NCBI GenBank assembly: GCA_963775425.1
Contig: CAVZJB010000017.1
Span: 428,282-492,281, forward strand
DNA from: an uncultured delta proteobacterium
Lineage (GTDB): Bacteria; Myxococcota; UBA727; VGSZ01
Reading direction: 5' to 3'
DNA length: 64,000 nt
Notes under the pieces: generated by a model
What the model saw: the letters and a program-made list of their open reading frames with translations, nothing else
What the model was told of the DNA's origin: nothing
Database searches by the model: none
Translations under genes and position numbers: made by a program
In this document: positions 22,794 through 39,300 of the stretch, one piece after another
Layout: each line of letters begins with the position of its first letter
Numbering within the stretch: the first letter of the stretch is position 1

Positions 22794-23154
22794 GCGTTCC
22801 CCGCTGGAATTCGGCGCGCAAGAGCGCGAGCGCTTCATCGAGGTCGAGCGAGGTCTGCGCACCCTCGAGGTGGAGGCCGAGCTGCACCATGGCCATGGCC
22901 ACGTCGGGTTGGATGCCGACCACGACGGTGGACACGCCGCGCAGGCGCATCATCTTGGCGAGGCTCGAGAGCGTGCGGCCCGCGTACGAGTCGAGGATCT
23001 CCATGCGGCTGACGTCGACGACGAGGCCCTTGCTGCGCGCGCCGGTGGCCTCCTTGAGCAGCGTCTCGGTGAGCGCCGCCCACGTGGAGTCCGTGAGCTC
23101 CGCCTGGAGCGCGGCGATCAGGACCTTGCCCTGGCGGAGGATGGGGATGGGCAT
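22777..23154 (-). CDS. rsbS: Stressosome STAS protein RsbS
   Basis: MPIPIL, ILDSY phosphoserine site, LRG...VVVGIQPDVAMAMVQLG. Confidence 0.92.
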   Translation of the reverse strand: MPIPILRQGKVLIAALQAELTDSTWAALTETLLKEATGARSKGLVVDVSRMEILDSYAGRTLSSLAKMMRLRGVSTVVVGIQPDVAMAMVQLGLHLEGAQTSLDLDEALALLRAEFQRGTHAHGR

Positions 23155-24092
23155 CAGCGCTCCCTCGCGGTTTGCCACGAGCGGCCGCCGGACACGGCGC
23201 CGTCGGCGTCGCCGTCGAACGCAGCTGCGGCGGCTTCGGCGTGGAAGCGCGCGGCCAGGATGGCGTCGGCCTCTTCGATGCCTTCCTGCAGGTCGCCCGC
23301 CGTGCGCACGCCGCGCAGCTCGGCGCCGATGGTGACCAGCGTCTGCGCGATCTCCGGCGACATGCCGCACACGATGACGGCGGCGCCCATGAGGCCGGCG
23401 GCGCTCACCGTCTGCATGAGGTGATTGGCGACCTTGCTGTCGACGATGGGGACGCCGGTGACGTCGATGACCACCGCGCGGGCGCGCTGCTCGCGAATGG
23501 AGTGGAGCACGTTCTCGGTGACCTGCCGCGCGCGCTCGGTGTCGATGACACCGACGAGCGGGACGATGAGCATCCGCGGCTTCACCTGCAGCACCGGCGT
23601 GGAGAGCTCGCGAATGGCCTTGCTCTGGCTCGCGATGATCTCCTCCTTGGTGCCGAGGTACGCCTCACCGATGGTGGCCATGCCGATGTCGACGAGGACG
23701 TCGGCGCCCTTGGCCGCCCCGATGATCTTGTCGACGTCGCCCTTGAAGTGCTGCTTCATCACGGGGCCGAGCACCACCCGGACGACACGCAACAGCTCGA
23801 ACCACGCGCTGAACTCGATTCCCATGCGCGCATAGCGGATGCCCTGCCGGCGAGCGTCCTCGAGGTAGGGCCCCCAGTCGCCCTCGAGGATGGCCGCGCG
23901 TTGCAGCGCGCGGCCGCGCTCCTGCTCCACCGCCATCTGTGCAGCGTCCATGCTGCGCAGCAATTCCGCGAACGCCGGAATCGCCTTCGCGCGCTCGAGC
24001 GCCGCGCCGTTGATCGCCGATCGATTTGCCTCGAGCAGCTCCCAGTACAGGCGCAGCGCGCGCCGATCCTCATCGCCGATGTCGAGCAACAT
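23154..24092 (-). CDS. rsbR: Stressosome sensor RsbR (helical, globin-like N-domain plus STAS)
   Basis: AIRELSTPVL, PLVGVIDTERA, IDVTGVPIVDS, PEIAQTLV. Confidence 0.92.
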   Translation of the reverse strand: MLLDIGDEDRRALRLYWELLEANRSAINGAALERAKAIPAFAELLRSMDAAQMAVEQERGRALQRAAILEGDWGPYLEDARRQGIRYARMGIEFSAWFELLRVVRVVLGPVMKQHFKGDVDKIIGAAKGADVLVDIGMATIGEAYLGTKEEIIASQSKAIRELSTPVLQVKPRMLIVPLVGVIDTERARQVTENVLHSIREQRARAVVIDVTGVPIVDSKVANHLMQTVSAAGLMGAAVIVCGMSPEIAQTLVTIGAELRGVRTAGDLQEGIEEADAILAARFHAEAAAAAFDGDADGAVSGGRSWQTARER

Positions 24093-24175
24093 GAGCCACG
24101 CTACCTCGCCTCTCCGGCGCCGGAGAAGACTGTTCGCTCCGGCGCAAAAGCTGCGCTCGGGCCGGAATCTCGCGA

Positions 24176-25138
24176 CTATTCCCGCGGGGCCCCCGCGCGC
24201 GCCCTCTCGAGCGCCTCGCGCGCGCGGACCACGATCGGATCTTTGGGCTCAAGCTGATGGGCCAGCTCGATGAACTCCGCGGCCTTCTCGACGTCCCCGA
24301 GGCCGAGGTGACAGACGCCGACGTTGCACACGAGGCCGCCGTCGGTGGGCCGCTCGCGGTAGGCGTCGATGGAGGCGGCCAGCGCGCGCCGCAGGTCTCC
24401 CTCCTCCATGCAAATCGACGCGATCTCACGCAGGGTATCGACGTCGGCCTTGTCGTCGGCCGCCGCGCGCTCGAGCAGCGCGCGGGCCTGGTCCCTGTCC
24501 CCCGCGCGCCGCGACAGGGTGCCCGCGAGGGCGTGGCCCCGCGCGACCAGGCCGGGCTCGTCGACGAACGGCATGAGCTCCTCGAGCGCGGCGCGCTTGT
24601 CTTCGACCGGAACGTCGGCTTCGAGCGCGGCGAGCGCCCGCCGGCGCGCGCGATCTGCCGCGGCCTTCCGCTCGAGCGACCTGCGGCGCTCGCGCGCCTC
24701 TTTCTTCTCGGGGCTGTCGTCGGGCGCGCGCGCCTCGACCTCACCCCAGGCGTCGAACGCAGCGGCCCAGCTCTCGCACCGCTCCTCGACGCGCGCGAGC
24801 GCGCGCCAGCCGACGACGTGTTGCGGCTCGAGGGCGAGCGCCCGCCGCAGCGGCACGATGATCTCCTCGAGCGCGGGCTCGTCCTCGACGGCGGCGCCCT
24901 CGGCCCGCGCGGCGAGCGCGCGGTTGTAGAGATCGAGGCGGCACAGCCCGAGGTTCAGATGCGCGACGCCGAGGCTGTCGTCGGCGTCGACGGCGGCCTC
25001 GTAGGCGCGCCGCGCCTCGACGAGCCTGCCCTCCCGCGCGTGGACCACGCCCTGGGTCACCAGCGCCGTCGCGCGTTCCCGGCCGGCCTTCCCGAGCGCG
25101 CGCTTCCACCACTTCGCCTTCGCCATGCCCCGTTTCAT
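24176..25138 (-). CDS. Tetratricopeptide repeat protein
   Basis: Repeated TPR patterns (AHLNLGLC, ALALEPQH, NVGVCHLGLGDVEKA...LEPKD). Start uncertain (25138 or 25126). Confidence 0.8.
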   Translation of the reverse strand: MKRGMAKAKWWKRALGKAGRERATALVTQGVVHAREGRLVEARRAYEAAVDADDSLGVAHLNLGLCRLDLYNRALAARAEGAAVEDEPALEEIIVPLRRALALEPQHVVGWRALARVEERCESWAAAFDAWGEVEARAPDDSPEKKEARERRRSLERKAAADRARRRALAALEADVPVEDKRAALEELMPFVDEPGLVARGHALAGTLSRRAGDRDQARALLERAAADDKADVDTLREIASICMEEGDLRRALAASIDAYRERPTDGGLVCNVGVCHLGLGDVEKAAEFIELAHQLEPKDPIVVRAREALERARAGAPRE

Positions 25139-25332
25139 ACCGTGACTCCGGCCCGCGCGGGCGTGCCGCGTTCGCCGCGGTGCGTCGCGCGACACCGGGG
25201 ATCCGGGTTGCGATCCGCACGCGGGTCCCATACGCGTTTTTCCCCGGCTGGACGCGGCGTTTTCGAGTTTCTTCAGTTTTTGATGAAAGACCGGGGCGGA
25301 CCCCGTAGCCTGGGTCGACCCCTCTGGAAACC

Positions 25333-27024
25333 ATGCTCACGGCCGGCCGGCTCCCTGCGATCGCCCCCTGGTTCTCGACGGACGAGCCCCCGTTCGTCGA
25401 CGACGCCGGCCTCGTCGCCGCGTGCCGCCGCGTGCGCGAGCCCTGCCTGGTCGTGCAGACGGCCGACGGCCGCGTCGGCGCCGGCTTCGGCGGCACCCTC
25501 GCCGGCGTCACCGGCGGCGAGGGCCCCGCGCCCCGCGCCGACGTGCTCGGGGCGCTGCCCGCGCTGTGGCCCGAGCACCTCGGCGCGCGGTCCTTCGCCG
25601 AGGCCCACGGCTGCCGCTTCCCCTACGTCGTCGGCGAGATGGCCAACGGCATCGCCACGGCGCGCATGGTGATCGCCGCGCACGCGCACGGCCTGCTCGG
25701 CTTCTTCGGCGCCGCCGGCTTGCCGCCCTCCCGGGTGAGCGCGGCGCTCGACGAGATCGAGCGCGCGCTCGGCCCGTCCAAGGCGTGGGGCACCAACCTC
25801 ATCCACTCGCCGCACGAGCCGGACCTCGAGGACGCCGTCGTGGATCTCTACCTCGCGCGCGGCGTCGAGCGCGTCTCTGCGTCGGCGTATATGGCGCTCA
25901 CGCCCATGGTCGTGCGCTACGCGGCCACCGGCCTCCGCGTCGACGCCGAGGGCCGCGTCGTGCGGAGGAACCGCGTCTTCGCCAAGATCTCCCGCCCCGA
26001 GACGGCGCGCGCCTTCCTCGAGCCGGCGCCCGCTTCGCTGCTCGACGCGCTCGTACGCGCGGGCAAGCTCGGCGCCGACGAGGCGCGCATCGCCGCCCGG
26101 GTGCCCGTGGCCACCGACATCACCGTCGAGGCGGACTCCGGCGGCCACACCGACAACCAGGCCCTGCCCGCGGTGTTCCCCACGGTGCAGCGGCTCGCGG
26201 GGGACATCGCGCGCGCGCGCGGCTACGAGGAGCCCATCCGCGTCGGCGCCGCCGGAGGCCTCGGGACCCCCGCGGCGGTGGCGGCGGCGTTCTCCATGGG
26301 CGCGGCCTACGTGCTCACCGGCTCCATCAACCAAAGCGCCGTCGAGAGCGGGCTGTCCTCGAGGGGAAAGGCGCTGCTCGCGCAAGCGGCGCTCGGCGAC
26401 GTGCAGATGGCGCCCGCCGCGGACATGTTCGAGATGGGCGTCAAGGTGCAGGTGCTCAAGCGCGGCACGCTGTTCGCCGCCCGCGCCCACAAGCTCTACG
26501 ACCTCTACCGCTCCTGCGCGTCGCTCGACGCCGTCCCCGCGGCGGAGCGCGCCAAGGTGGAGCGCGAGATCCTCGGCGGCGGCTTCGACGAGGTGTGGGC
26601 CTCGACGCGCGGGTTCTTCCTCGAGCGGGACCCGGCGCAGGTGGACAAGGCCGAGCGCGATCCCAAGCACAAGATGGCGCTCGTGTTCCGCGCGTACCTC
26701 GGCAAGGCGAGCAAGTGGGCCATCGCCGGAGACGACGGCCGCGCCCTCGACTTCCAGATTCTGGTGCGGCCCGGCGATGGGCGCGTTCAACGCATGGGTG
26801 CAGGGCAGCTTCCTCGAGCCGCTCGAGGCCCGCACCGTCGGGCAGATCGGCCTGAACCTCCTCGAGGGCGCGGCCGTGCTCACGCGCGCGCAGCAGCTTC
26901 GCACCTTTGGCGCCGCCGTCCCCGACGCCGCCTTCCGTTTCACTCCGCGCCCGCTCGCCCTCGAAGGCGACGTCGACGCGGCCGTCCCCGGCGCGCTGCC
27001 GGTGGCGAGCAGCCTGGGAGCGAC

Positions 27025-27028
<4 letters not shown>
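25333..27028 (+). CDS. pfaD: PfaD/Pfa1-type enoyl reductase, with one apparent extra base at about 26760
   Basis: GEMANGIA, EADSGGHTDN, GAAGGLGTP, MAPAADMFEMGVKVQVLKRGT. The conserved DFQIWCGPAMGAFNAWV is restored by removing one T from cagattctggtgc; the +1 frame ends at 27028 overlapping the next ATG. Confidence 0.9.
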
Positions 27029-31082
<4,054 letters not shown>

Positions 31083-31092
<10 letters not shown>

Positions 31093-31121
31093 GCGGCTCT
31101 CCTGCGCCGACGCGGGAGAGC
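31083..31121 (+). promoter_or_regulatory. Candidate programmed -1 ribosomal frameshift cassette
   Basis: C_CCT_TTC (31083-31089) in phase with the 0 frame, TGA at 31090-31092, 6-nt spacer, stem GCTCTCCTGCG (31096-31106), loop CCGA, CGCGGGAGAGC (31111-31121). Confidence 0.7.
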
Positions 31122-33377
31122 GAGCCCTCCGACGGCGGGCCCTCGGCCCGCGCCGTGCTCGGCCGCGAGCCGCGCCCGCGCGCGTTCGACAAGCGCGTGC
31201 CGCTCGCGCCCGGCCGCGCCCTCGCCGTCGCCGTCGCCGGCGCCCGCGGCCGCGCCCTCGCCCGCGCCCTCGAAGGCGTCGGGGACGTCATCGTCGTCGA
31301 GTCCGACGAACCGCTCGCGAACGCCGGCGGCCTCGTCGACGCCCGCGCCCTCGACGCCCCGCTCGACGCCGCCGGCGCCCTCGAGGCCGCCAAGGGCTCG
31401 CTCTTCCTCGCGCAGCGCGCCCGCCCGCACCTCCTCGAGGCTGCGCGCGCGGGCGGCGCGTTCTACGTCGTCGTCACCGCGCTCGCCGATGCGCACCCCG
31501 TGACGGGAGCCGTGCACGGCCTCTTGAAGACGGCCGCCCTCGAGTGGCCCGAGGTCGCCTGCGCCACCGTCGACGTCGGACACGGCCTCGACGCCGGCCT
31601 CGTCGTCGCCGACGAGCTGCGCAGCGGCTTCCTGGACCTCGAGGTCGAGCGCACCGATGCCGGCCGCTTCGTGCCCGCGCTCGTCGAGCGCCCCCTCGCC
31701 CACGCGCAGCGAGCGGCGCCTCCTTCGTCGCCCCTCCCCGGCGCCCACGGGGAGGTCATCGTCGCCAGCGGCGGCGCCCGCGGCGTCACCGCCACGGCGC
31801 TGCTCGCGCTCGCCCGGGCGTCTCGGCCCGCGCTCCTCCTGCTCGGCCGCACCGCGCTCGTCGACGAGCCCGCCTGCTGCGCCGGCGCCGGCGACGAAGC
31901 GTCGCTGAAGCGCGCGCTGGTCGCGGACAAGAAGCGCGCGGGCCTGGCGCTGTCGCTCGCCGCCGTCGGCGAAGAGGCGCGCGCCGTCGTGGCCGTGCGC
32001 GAGATCCGCGCGTTCCTCGCTTCCCTCGAGAGCGCCGGCGCCCGCGTCCTCTACCGCGCCGTCGACGTGCGCGACGCCGTCGCCGTCGCCGCCGCCTGCG
32101 CCGACGCGCGCGCCGCGTTCGGCCCCATCACCGGCCTCGTGCACGGCGCGGGCGTCCTCGCCGACAGGCGCATCGAGGACAAGACCGCCGAGCAGGTCGC
32201 GCGCGTCATGGACACCAAGGTCCTCGGGCTCGAGGCGCTCCTCGCCGCCACGCGCGACGACCCGCTCCGTGTCGTCGCGCTGTTTTCGTCGGTGGCCGGG
32301 CGCTTCGGCAACGTCGGCCAGGTCGACTACGCCATGGCCAACGAGGCGCTCAACGAGACCGCCGTGGCGCTCGCGCGAACGCGCCCCGGGCTCGTCGTCA
32401 AGTCGCTCAATTGGGGTCCTTGGGAGGGCGGCATGGTCACGCCCGCCCTCAAGAAGATCTTCCTCGAGCGCGGCGTCCACGTGCTCAGCCGCGCAGCGGG
32501 CGCGCGCCACTTCGTCGACGAGCTCTCCGCGCGCGACGGCGCCGTCGAGGTGGTGTTCGGCGGCGCGCTCTCCGGGCAAACGGCCGCCGGCGCCCCCGCC
32601 GTCAGCCGCGCCGTCAACCGCGTCCGCGTCGACGCCCGCGCGTTCCCCTTCCTCGCCGACCACGCCATCCAGGGCACCGTGGTGCTCCCCGTCGCCGGCG
32701 CGCTCGCCCTCGCCGCCGATGCCGCGGGCGCCACGTCGTTCACCGACGTGCGCGTGTTGCGCGGCCTGCGCCTGCCGCGCTTCTTCGACGAGGGCCACGA
32801 CGTCGACGTCGTCGTCGACGGTGAGCGCTTCTCGCTCTCCGTCCCGGGCGAGCGCGGCCCTCGCTACACCGCGCGCGTCGTGCGCTCCCATGGAGCGCCC
32901 CCCGCAGCGCCGAGCGCGCTCACCGCAGCAACCGGCGCGAGGCCGGCAGGCGGCGAGCCGGTCTACGCGCGCCTCTTTCACGGGCCGCGCTTCCACCTGC
33001 TCCAAAGCGTCGACCGCATCGACGACGACGTCCTCGTCGCGCGCGCCCGCGGCTGCGTCGACGCCGGCTGGGGAGAGGCGCTCGCCCTCGACGCGGGCGC
33101 CCTCGACGCCGCCCTCCAGGCGGCGCTCCTGTGGGCGCGGCACCGCTCCGGCGGCGCCTTCCTGCCCACGGCCATCGCCGCCGTGACCGCGTCGACGCCC
33201 GCCGCCGGCCGCGGCCCGCTCGCGTGCGTGGTGCGCGGTGCGCGGTGCGACGGCGTCAAGGCCGTCGCCGACGTCACCCTCACGCGCGCAGACGGCACCG
33301 TCGCCGCCGCCCTCACCGGCGTCGAGCTGCACCGCCTGCCGCGCGACGACGCGTTCGCGAGCGGGGCGCGCCCGTGA
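31083..33377 (+). CDS. pfaA: Pfa2 C-terminal part (KR plus PKS-type DH) in the -1 frame
   Basis: GLLKTAALEWP, SGGARGVTA, HGAGVLAD, FSSVAGRFGNVGQVDYAMANE, WGPWEGGMV, FLADHAIQGTVVLP, LFHGPRF, DAALQ. Confidence 0.88.
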
Positions 33378-36300
33378 GGCCGTTTCGGCCGCTCGCCGTC
33401 GTCGGGCAGGCCTGCGTGCTGCCGGGGGCGTCGTCGCCGGCCGCCCTCTGGGACATCGTGTCGTCGTCCCGCTCCGTGGTGCGCGACGTCCCCCACGGGC
33501 GCTTCCGCGTCGACGCCGCGCGCGTCGCCGGCGCGCCCGGGAGCTGCGTCGACCGCACCTACTCCACCAGGGGCGGCTACGTCACGGAGGGCCCGCCGTC
33601 GGCGCTCGCCACGACGGACGGGCTCGACCCGCTCTTTCACTGGGTGAAGGACGTCGGGCGCGCCTGCCTCGTCGACGCCGGCTTCGACGCCCCCGTGCGC
33701 GGGGTGCGCGCAGGCGCGGTGCTCGGCAACCTCTCGTTCCCCACCGAGGGCATGACGCTGTTCGGCGAGCAGCGCGCCCTCGACGCCGCCACGCGCGCGC
33801 GGCTCGGCGCGCCGTGGTCCCTCGACGTCGATCCCAAGAACCGCTTCATGTCCGGCTTGCCCGCGCACCTGCTCGCGGAGGCGCTCCACCTCGACGCGGG
33901 TGCGTTCGCGCTCGACGCCGCTTGCGCGTCGTCGCTGTACGCGCTGCGGCTCGCCGCCCTCGCGCTCGACGACGGCCGCGCCGACCTCATGCTCGCGGGC
34001 GCCGTCAACCGCGCCGACAGCCTGTTTCTCCACGTCGGCTTCTGCGCGCTGCAGGCGCTGTCGCCGTCGGGGGTGCCGCGCCCGTTCGATCGCCGCGCCG
34101 ACGGCCTGGTGCCCGCCGAGGGCTGCGGCTTCGTCGCGCTCATGCGCCTCGAGGACGCCCTTGCGCAGCGCCGCCGCGTGCACGCCGTCATCCGCGGCGT
34201 GGGCCTCAGAAACGACGGCCGCGGCAAGAACCTGCTCGCACCATCGAGCGACGGCCAGGTGCGCGCCATCCGGGCGGCGTGGGCCAGCGCGGGCCTCGAC
34301 CCGTCGACGGCGGACTACGTCGAGTGCCACGCCACGGGGACACCGATGGGCGACCGCGTCGAGGTGATGAGCGTCGCCGAGGCCTTTCGCGGCGCCGCGT
34401 CGACGCGCCCGCTGCCCGTCGGCTCTCTCAAGGGCAACCTCGGTCACCTCATCACCGCCGCGGGCGTTGCCGGCCTCATCAAGGTCATCGAGGCGCTCCG
34501 GCGCGAAGAGCTGCCGCCGAGCGTGAACGCCGAGGAGCCCCTCGACGTCCTCGACGGCCGCCTCGGCTTGCGCGTGCAGCAAGCGCGCGCCCCGTGGGCC
34601 GCCTGCGACGGCCGCCCACGGCGCGCGGGCGTGTCCGCGTTCGGCTTCGGCGGCAACAACGCCCACGTCGTCGTCGAGGAGCACCGGCCGGAGCGCATCG
34701 CCATCCAGGTGCCTCCCGCCCGCCCCGAGGCCGGCGCGCGCTCCGAAGCCGGCGGCCTCGCCGTCGTCGCCGCCGGCGTGAGGCGCGGTGCGGTGCGCAC
34801 GCTCGCCGGCCTCGCCGCAGCCGCCGCACACGCCCGCGCCGTCGACGGTCACGACGTCGCCGCGCGCACCGTCGACGTCGACCTCGACGGCGTCCGCTTT
34901 CCGCCGAACGACCTGCGCGACGCGCTCGCGCAGCAGCTCCTCGCCTTCGAGGCTGCGCGCGACGCGGCCGCCGGCGCCGCCGCGCTCTTCGAGGACCGCG
35001 AGCGCGTGGGCATCTTCATCGGCATGGGCGCCGACGTGCGCGTCACCACCCCGGGGCTGCGATGGCGCGCGCCCGAGATCGCCCGCCGCCTCGCGCCCGA
35101 CCTCGCCGCAGGCGCGGCGTCGTTCATCGAGGCGCTGCGGGACAGTGCGATGCCGCCGCTCGGCGCGCAGGGCGTGCTCGGGTCCATGCCGAACATCCCG
35201 GCGAACCGCTTGAACGTGCAGCTCGACGTACGCGGCCCCGGCTTCACCGTGTCCGCCGAGGAGCACTCCGGGCTCGCCGCCCTCGACGTCGCCGCCGGCC
35301 TCATCGACGCCGGCGACATCGACGCCGCGCTCGTCGGCGCCGTAGACGCGTGCGACGACCCGCGGCACGAGGCCGCCCTCGCCGCCCTGCGCGACAGCGG
35401 CCGCGGCGCCGCCGGCGCGGTGGTCCTCGCGCTCACCTCCGTCGCACGAGCGCGCGCCCTCGACCTGCCCGTGCTCGCCGTCATCGATGCGTCCCCGCGC
35501 GCGGCGCACGGCCTCGCCGGCGACGGCGCCGGCGCCGGAGTCGTCGACGCGCGCGCGTCCCGCGCGTGGCTCGGCGACACCCACGCCGCGTCGGGCCTCT
35601 TCGCGGTCGCCGAGGCCGTCGCGCGCGTGGCCGCGGGCGTGCATCCGGAGGGCGACGGGCCGTGGCTCGCAGCCGACCGGACCGTGCGCGTCGACGTCGA
35701 CGCGCTCTCGGCGCCGCGTCGCACGCTCGTCGTCACCCACGGCGGCGCCGCCCTCTCGCCCACGCCCGCGCCGCTCATCTTGACCGTGGCCGCCGCGGAT
35801 CGCGCGTCGCTCATCGCGGCGCTCGCCCCGTCGTCGACGCCGGTCGCGGGCGCGGGACGCTGGCGCGCCGCCGTCGTCGCTCGCTCCGCAGAGGAGCTCA
35901 CCGCGCGACGCGCGGCGCTGGCGCAGGCCTTGGCGACCAGCGCGCGCGTGGACCTCGACGGGGCGTGGGCGCGCGAGGCCGAGGCGCGCGGGCCCGAGGC
36001 GATCGCGCTTTTGTGCGGCACCGCCGGCGGCGTCGCCCCGGGGACCGGGCTCGAGCTGCTGCGGGCGTTCCCCGACGTCACCGCGTCCCTCGCCGGGGAC
36101 GTCGACGCCGCCGTCCTCGAGGGCGTGCTCGCCGGCACCCGCCACGCGCCCGGCTGCCTCGCCAATCTCGCCATGGCGTCGGCGGCGATGCAGATCTCGG
36201 CGCGCGCGCTCCGCGAGGTCCTCGGCGTGGGCGTAGGCCACACGCTCGGCATCTCCCTCGGGGAGTCCAACGCGTTCTTCGCGTCGGGCGTGTGGCGCGA

Positions 36301-39300
36301 CCTCGGCGCCATGCTCATGGACATGGAGCGCTCGCGCCTGTTCGACGAGATCCTCTTCGGCCCCTCGCCCGAGGGCGCCCCGGGCTTCGAGGCCGCCCGC
36401 GCGCATTGGGCGCACCTCGGGCGCGCCGGGCGAGGGCCGGTCGCCGACCTCGCCGCCAAGCTCGCCGACGACCCATGGCGCGCCGTCGTCGTGCGTGCGC
36501 CGGTCGACGCCGTGCGCGCCGCGTGCGCGGACACGGGCGGCCTGTGCTTCGTCCTCGTGGTGCACACCGACGACGAGGTCGAGATCGGCGGCGCCCCGGC
36601 CGCCGTCGACGGTGTCAGCCGCGCGCTCGGCGTCACCGGCGCGCCCATGCCGCGGATGCCGGCGGTGCACTGCCCGCTCATCGGGCCCGCGCGCGACGCG
36701 TACCGCGCGCTTCACCGCCGCCGCGTGTCGGAGTCCGGCGTGCGCACGTGGTCGCACGGCGTCGACGGAGAGCTCACCTGCAGCGATGACGACGCCTGCG
36801 CCGACGCCGTCCTCGCACAGGCGTCGCGCGCCGTGGACTTCCCCGCTCTCGTGCGCAGGGTCATCGACGCCGGCGTCCGCGTCATCGTCGACGTGAGCCC
36901 GCGCGGCCTCGCCGGCACCTGGGCGGCGCGCACCGCCGGAGCGCGCGCCGACGTCGTCAGCGTCGACGGCACCCTCGCGTCGCTCGCGGCGGCCGCCGCC
37001 AGGCTCCACGTCGCCGGCGTGGACGTCGACGTCACCCGCCTCGCCGCGCTCGCCGAGCGGCCGGCGCCCGCCCGCGTGCTGCGCGTACCGCCGCCCGCGC
37101 TCCCGGGCCCGCTGCCGCCGGCGCCCGTCGTCATCGAGCGCATGACCCGCCCGCCGCGCCTGCCCCCGGTGCTGCCGCAGGGGGCGTCGCTGGCCGTGCC
37201 CCTGCCGCTTGCGCTCCCCGCGAGCGAGCTCCCGGCTCCCAGGGGGGCCGACGCCGGCGACGTCGGCGCTCCGTCGTCGGACGCCGCCGCGTTTTTCGCC
37301 GACAACCGGCGCCGCGCGCTGGCCGCCCACGAGGAGCTGCTCGCCTCGATGGCACGCGGGCACCAGGCGTTCCTCGCGCACCGCGAGGCGCTCACCCGGC
37401 GCGCAGTCGCGCTCGCCGACGTCGATGCCATCGACGCAGGGCTCGCCGGCACCGTCGTCGACGGCGGCGTCATCGGCGACGAGGCCACCGCTCCGCTCGA
37501 AGTTGCGACGCGGGCGCGCGCGCAGCGAGCCCTGTGGGGTCGCGCGGATCTCGAGCGCCTGGCGTCGGGCCGCATCGCCGACGTCTGGGGCGAGACGTTC
37601 GCGGTCCAGGACGGCTTTCGGCGGCAGGTCCGGATGCCCGAGCCACCGCTCCTCCTCGCGGATCGCGTGATGCGCATCGACGCCTCTCCCGGCGTCCTCG
37701 AGAAGAACCGCAGCATCGTCACCGAGACCGACGTCACCGCGGAGGCCTGGTACCTCCACGAGGGCCGCTGCCCCGCCGGCGTCCTCATCGAGACCGGCCA
37801 GGCGGACCTGCTCCTCGTCAGCTACATGGGCGTCGACTTCGAAAACCGCGGCGAGCGCGTCTACCGCCTCCTCGGCTGCGACCTCACCTACCACGCGCCG
37901 CTGCCGCTCGCCGGCACCACCCTCGAGCACGACATCCACGTGGACGGCTACGCCACCCACGGCGACGTCCGCATCTTCTTCTTCCACTCCGACACCTATG
38001 GAATCGACGAAGGTGGGCGCAAGCAGCTCCTCCTCTCGGTGCGCGAGGGGCAGGCCGGCTTCTTCACCGACCAGGAGCTCGCGCGCTCGGGCGGGGTGCT
38101 GTGGTCCCCGCCCGCGCCCCGCCCGCCCCCGGAGCTGTCCGCGCCGCTGCCGCAGCCGACGCGGAAGCGCGCGCTGAGCCGCGAGGAGCTCGTGGCGTTC
38201 TCGGAGGGCGACGCCGCCGCGTGCTTTGGTCCGGGGTTCGAGATGGCCAGGACGCAGGTGCGCCCGCCGCGCATCCCCGCCGGCCCCCTCCTGCTCATCG
38301 ACCGCGTCACCGACCTCGACCTCGAGGGCGGGTACGTCCGCGCCGAGCTCGACCTCGAGGACCGGTGGTTCTTCGCGGGCCACTTCAAGGACGACCCGTG
38401 CATGCCGGGCACCATCATGTTCGAGGGCTGCCTCGAGGTGCTCGCCGTCGCCCTCGCCGGCGGCGGCTACACGCTGTCGCGCGACGGGTTCCGCTTCGAG
38501 CCGGCCGTCGACAAGGCCTTCGAGCTGCGCTGTCGCGGCCAGGCCGTGCCCTCGTCGCGCACCCTCGTGTACGAGGCGTTCATCAAGCGCATCACCGACG
38601 GCCCCGAGCCCGCGGTCGTCGCCGACGTCCTCGTCACCGTGGACGGGCTCAAGTCGCTTCATTGCGAAAGTGTCGAAGTGAAGCTCTCGGTGGACTGGCC
38701 GCTGTCGAGCGCCCGCGGCTTCTCCGGCCGCGACGGCGTCTCTCCGCGCACCACCCACGCGCTCCTCGCCACCGGCACCGGCCGCCCCTCCGAGGCGTTC
38801 CCCGAGCTCTACGCCGGCCTCGACGACGGACGTCGCGTCCCCCGCCTGCCCGGCCCGCCCTACCACTTCATGAGCCGCGTGGTGGACACCGGCGGGCCCG
38901 CCGCCGGCGCGCTCCTGCGCGGCGAGGACCCGGCGGGCGCGTACGCCGTCGTCGAGTACGACGTCCCGCCCGGCGCCTGGTACTTCGACGACACCTCGCC
39001 CTTCGCCGGCGGCGCGATGCCGTTCGCGGTGTTCCTCGAGGTCGCGCTCCAGCCCTGCGGCTGGGTCTCCAGCGTCGTCGGCAGCGCGCTCACCGCCGGC
39101 GACGACCTCTACTACCGCAACCTCGACGGCACCTCGCGCCTGCACCGCACCGTGGGCCGCGACGCAGGGACGCTCGTGACGCGCGCGACGCTCCTGAAGT
39201 CGTCATCGTCGGGCGGGATGATCATCCAGGAGCTCTCGTTCGCCGTCACCACCGCCGACGGCGCCCCCGTCTACGACGGCACCACCGTGTTCGGCTTCTT

